Source of the DNA: Chiloscyllium plagiosum
Taxonomy: Eukaryota
Length of the DNA: 50,105 nt
Assembly: GCF_004010195.1 (NCBI RefSeq)
Contig: NC_057718.1
Location: forward strand, 54,830,583-54,880,687
Direction: 5' to 3'
How positions within the stretch are numbered: position 1 is the first letter of the stretch; every line of letters begins with the position of its first letter. The notes beneath the pieces were generated by a model, which made no database searches, was not told the origin of the DNA, and saw nothing but the letters and a program-made list of their open reading frames with translations. Shown piece by piece: positions 46,624-50,105 of the stretch. Both the position numbers and the translations under genes were made by a program.

Positions 46624-49600
46624 TGTAGTGATTGTAATAAGGTCAACCAGGTGGTCCTCATAGAATATGAGTTCCCCAATTAGGGCTGTTAATCTGGTCC
46701 TATCAGGGAGACCTGGCTGACAGTTATAAACAGGAATATCTGACATCCTGTTCACTCTGAGGGCGCTGGATTAGTGTCAAAGATTCTCCGTGAGTAAACA
46801 AAGGTTGATTTGATGATGGAATAATGGCCTCTGTGCAGTTATTTCAGTAGCAACAAGAGTGGGATTAATGGTGAAACCATGCAAAAGCGCCGACTCGCTG
46901 AAGCCTAACTGAACTTCACACAGGCACTACAACTGGCTTTGTCATTGAAAAATGTGGCAAATGGAAATGAGTTGCAGGGTATTTTGATGGATGTAGACAT
47001 CCTCGCCAGTTTGACTGAGCTTGGGGAACACCACTTCAGTGAAGACAATTGCACAGCCTCACTTGGGACATATCTTGAACAGAGGAACTCTAGGACAACC
47101 CACAGCAAAACCCCGAAACAAAGCCAAGCCTCAACCAACAATTAAAATTTTCTTCAGGATCCGGGCCAGCTAGCCATTGTATTTGCTGCCGGTATGCAGT
47201 TTTGAGACAACAAAAGAGTTCCATTTGACCTAAGTTGAATAAGAGAACTCATGGGCCAGTATCCAGGATGGAGTATAATCTGTAATGTCCATCTACATCT
47301 GTTTTGGAAGAGTTAAATTGGTTCTGATTTGAATGTTGCTAAAAATGTCTAGTTAAATGGTCACCCTGTTGTAATGGAGGGGTTTCAGTGAGCACAAAAC
47401 CTGTCTTTATCAAAATTCGCTCTGGACTCCAACCCTTAAGTCTCCATTAAACTTAGACTGCGAACCTATACCAGTGAACATTTATAGAAGGGAACAATTT
47501 TGGTTCTGGTCTCTTTAGAGAAGCAGCTGGTTCATTATTGCTGATTGTGGTAAAGGACTTGGACCTAAGCTTGATGGAGCAAAATTGGATGAGAGAGATT
47601 TACCTAAATTGGCTCCATATTTTTCGATTAGAAAATGGCTGCTTGAGTGAAGTTCTATTTAAAACCCTGGAGTTTTTTTTTTCAGGAAGATCTAGGAACT
47701 ATCAAAGGAGCCAAGGCACCTTGCATGTTGACTAGGAAAAATTTCCATGATTCTAGAAGGCCCACTCAGTGCCATTTGCCTTATGGCCAAAAATAGAGGC
47801 AGAAATCAGGAAGCTGGAAAGCAAAGGAATCATCAGACAAGTCCAGTTTGCAGAATGGGCAGCACTGGTGTACAGATTGTGAAGCTCGATGGGTTGTTTC
47901 ACCTTTGTGAGAATTTTAAACAAACGGTAAACTCCTTTTCACAACTGGTTAAAGACCCAATCCCTCACATAATGGCTTTATACGCAAAACGTGCAGGGGG
48001 TGCTGTCCTTCATGAAACTGGACATGAGCTTGCAATTGCGATGAGTTGAGGGTTCCCAGAAATATGCTACAATTAGTACGTATAATGGTTTATACCAATA
48101 CACAAGACTGCCATTTGGGGTATTGTCAGCCTGCTCAATTGCTCAGCGGATAATAGGGATAATTTTACAAGGTCTACCCCAGATCGCCATTTATCTAGGT
48201 GATGAGAAAACAGATAAGGAACACTTAGAGAATTTGGACTTTTCTCTCAGGTGGGCATATACCTTAGAAGGGAAAAATGTGTATTCCAGGCATCCCAAGT
48301 GACTTACTTGGGCTACAGAATTAACAAGACCAGGTTACACCCATTGGAAGATAAGTGAGAGTGATCAAAAGGGTTATGAAGCTGCAGGTGAACTGTACCT
48401 TTAAGAGAGTTAAAAGCCAGCAGAACTACCTGATACAGCACCAAGTATTCTGAATAAGATAACATTGTAACACTTGGTCAAAAGTTAGATTAGCTGGGTT
48501 GCCTGAGATGATAAAACAAATGCAAATTCAGCCAAACAGTTTAAATTATACCCCAAAAAATACCAAACTCCAATCAAATTTGAATTTAGTATATTGACAA
48601 TCTTAAAAGCCAATGACACAATCCGAAACTTTGGGGGTGTAAGACCACAGAAAACCACAACAGTTGAAGGAGAACTGCCAAGCCACCAGCATCTGCAGAC
48701 TGCCCGGAGAATAGCTCTCTTAATGGTACCTTTATCAATCAGTAACCTGTGAAGCAGAAAATCCTAAGAAAAAGAAAAGACTGAGGAAGAGAAGATTCAA
48801 CATCTGACTAGTTTTGAAAACTTTAATTTTTAGTAAATTTTAATCAGGTGATTTATCGGACTAATATTGCAGAAGGGGAAGGTAAAAGATAGGTTTGAGG
48901 ACGGAGTTGTAAATAGTTGTCAGTTAATTATTCTCTGTTATACTTTAAGAAATAAAGTTGTTCATTTTTACTTTAAATAGTTCTTGGCCTCTCAAATTTT
49001 CACAGATTACTGCACGGGATAAATTTTTTCTGTGTTGCTAGTTTAAATTAAGAGAGTTAACCCCGTGTTATAACAAAAGTACCGTCCTTCCCATGTCTGT
49101 ACTAGAGCTAAGGTTTCCCTTTGGCTGGTGAATTATTATGGAAGTTTCATACATAACCTTGCCTCTATCCTGACACCTTTGCATCAACTCTTTTAAAAAA
49201 AAGTCAGCCTTGGAAATGGTTGCATAGACAAGACATAGCTTTCAGGAAGTAAAGAAACAGCTATCATCCTCTAAAGTATTGGGACACTATGATCCTAAGT
49301 GTGATCTGATATTGACATGCAAGTTTCCCCTTACAGCATTGGGGTAGTATTAGCTCATGGATGGCCCAATGGAGAGAAATGCCCAATAGTATGTGCATCC
49401 AGAACTTCAGCTGATGCCGAGTGTAAATATGTCTAGACAGAGAGGGAAGGTTTGGTGGTCATATTTGGAATCAGGAAGTTCCACCAATACCTTTTATAGA
49501 TATAAATTTGTAATAATTACTAATCACAAACCCCTGCTAGATCTCCTTAAAGAGGAAAGGCTGAATTCAGCGATGGGCTCTCACTCCAAATACTTTTAAT

Positions 49601-49780
49601 TACAAGTTGGAGCACCATCTGGGAAGCAACATAGCAGATGCACCACAGATGGTATGGCTACTGGAAGAGTCCATAATGTTTTTAAATTTTCTGGCTACAC
49701 TTTCAGTCACAGCTGATAATATCAGACTTCCTGGCAAAACTGAAAAAGCTAGTGGTCATGGAGGAAACCAAAGGGCTATC
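46624..49780 (+). mobile_element. Decayed Gypsy/Ty3 LTR retrotransposon (candidate 5' LTR 46624-46846; gag, protease, RT, RNase H remnants)
   Basis: LNFTQALQLALSL (gag-like), LNGHPVVME (protease lead-in), KDPIPHIMALYAK, GLYQYTRLPFGV (~48087), LVNYYGSF, GHYDPKCDLILTC, KFVIITNHKPLL. Many stops and frameshifts. Confidence 0.8.
48372..49075 (+). mobile_element. Solo LTR, 704 bp, inserted in the Gypsy pol remnant
   Basis: (G)GTTATGAA...TTATAACA termini, perfect 4-bp TSD AAAG (48368-48371 / 49076-49079), AATAAA at ~48951. Same family as 8977-9683. Confidence 0.82.
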
Positions 49781-50105
49781 ACAACCTGGGACTACGATGT
49801 TGTGGCCATCACGGAAACATGGATAGAAGAGGGACAGGAATGGTTGTTGGAGGTTCCTGGTTACAGATGTTTCAGTAAGATTAGGGAGGGTGGTAAAAAA
49901 GGAGGGGGGTGGCGTTGCTAATTAGAAATGGTATAACGGCTGCAGAAAGGCAGTTCGAGAGGGATCTGCCTTTAGAGTTAGTATGGGCTGAAGTCAGAAA
50001 TAGGAAAGGTGCAGTCACCTTGTTGGGTGTTTACTATAGGCCCCCCAATAGCAGCAGAGATGCGGAGAAACAGATTGGGAAACAGACTTTGGAAAGGTGC
50101 AGAAG
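49778..50105 (+). mobile_element. Young CR1/HER1 LINE ORF2 start (endonuclease), runs off the window end
   Basis: WDYDVVAITETWIEEGQEWLLEVPGYRCF, then after a frameshift VALLIRNG..VWAEVRNRKGAVTLLGVYYRPPNS. Confidence 0.9.

Noticed and set aside
46624..49780. Active or domesticated Gypsy gene
   Set aside because: Numerous stops, frameshifts, deletions and a solo-LTR insertion in pol.

Overview
Vertebrate nuclear DNA, very probably from a shark: it carries HE1-type tRNA-derived SINEs sharing their 3' tail with HER1/CR1 LINEs. One host gene is supported, the 5' part of acylphosphatase-2 (ACYP2) on the + strand. It has a CpG-rich first exon (CDS 2949-3018), a 17-nt microexon (8822-8838) carrying the catalytic Arg, and a 110-nt exon (22103-22212). 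The last exon was not found and probably lies beyond the window. Most listed ORFs are chance frames or transposon debris. The introns hold CR1/HER1 LINE fragments, HE1 SINEs, Penelope-like elements with minimal hammerhead-ribozyme motifs, two solo LTRs of one family, a decayed Gypsy element, Tx1-like tails and a probable Harbinger remnant. Most unusual: (1) an intron-containing pre-tRNA-Tyr fused to a full SINE and apparently inserted as one cassette into an old LINE; (2) TSD-flanked fold-back Penelope derivatives with hammerhead cores, one nested in another just upstream of ACYP2 exon 1; (3) a Penelope copy that looks A>G/GC hypermutated. Repeat family names come from motif recognition only, without database searches.
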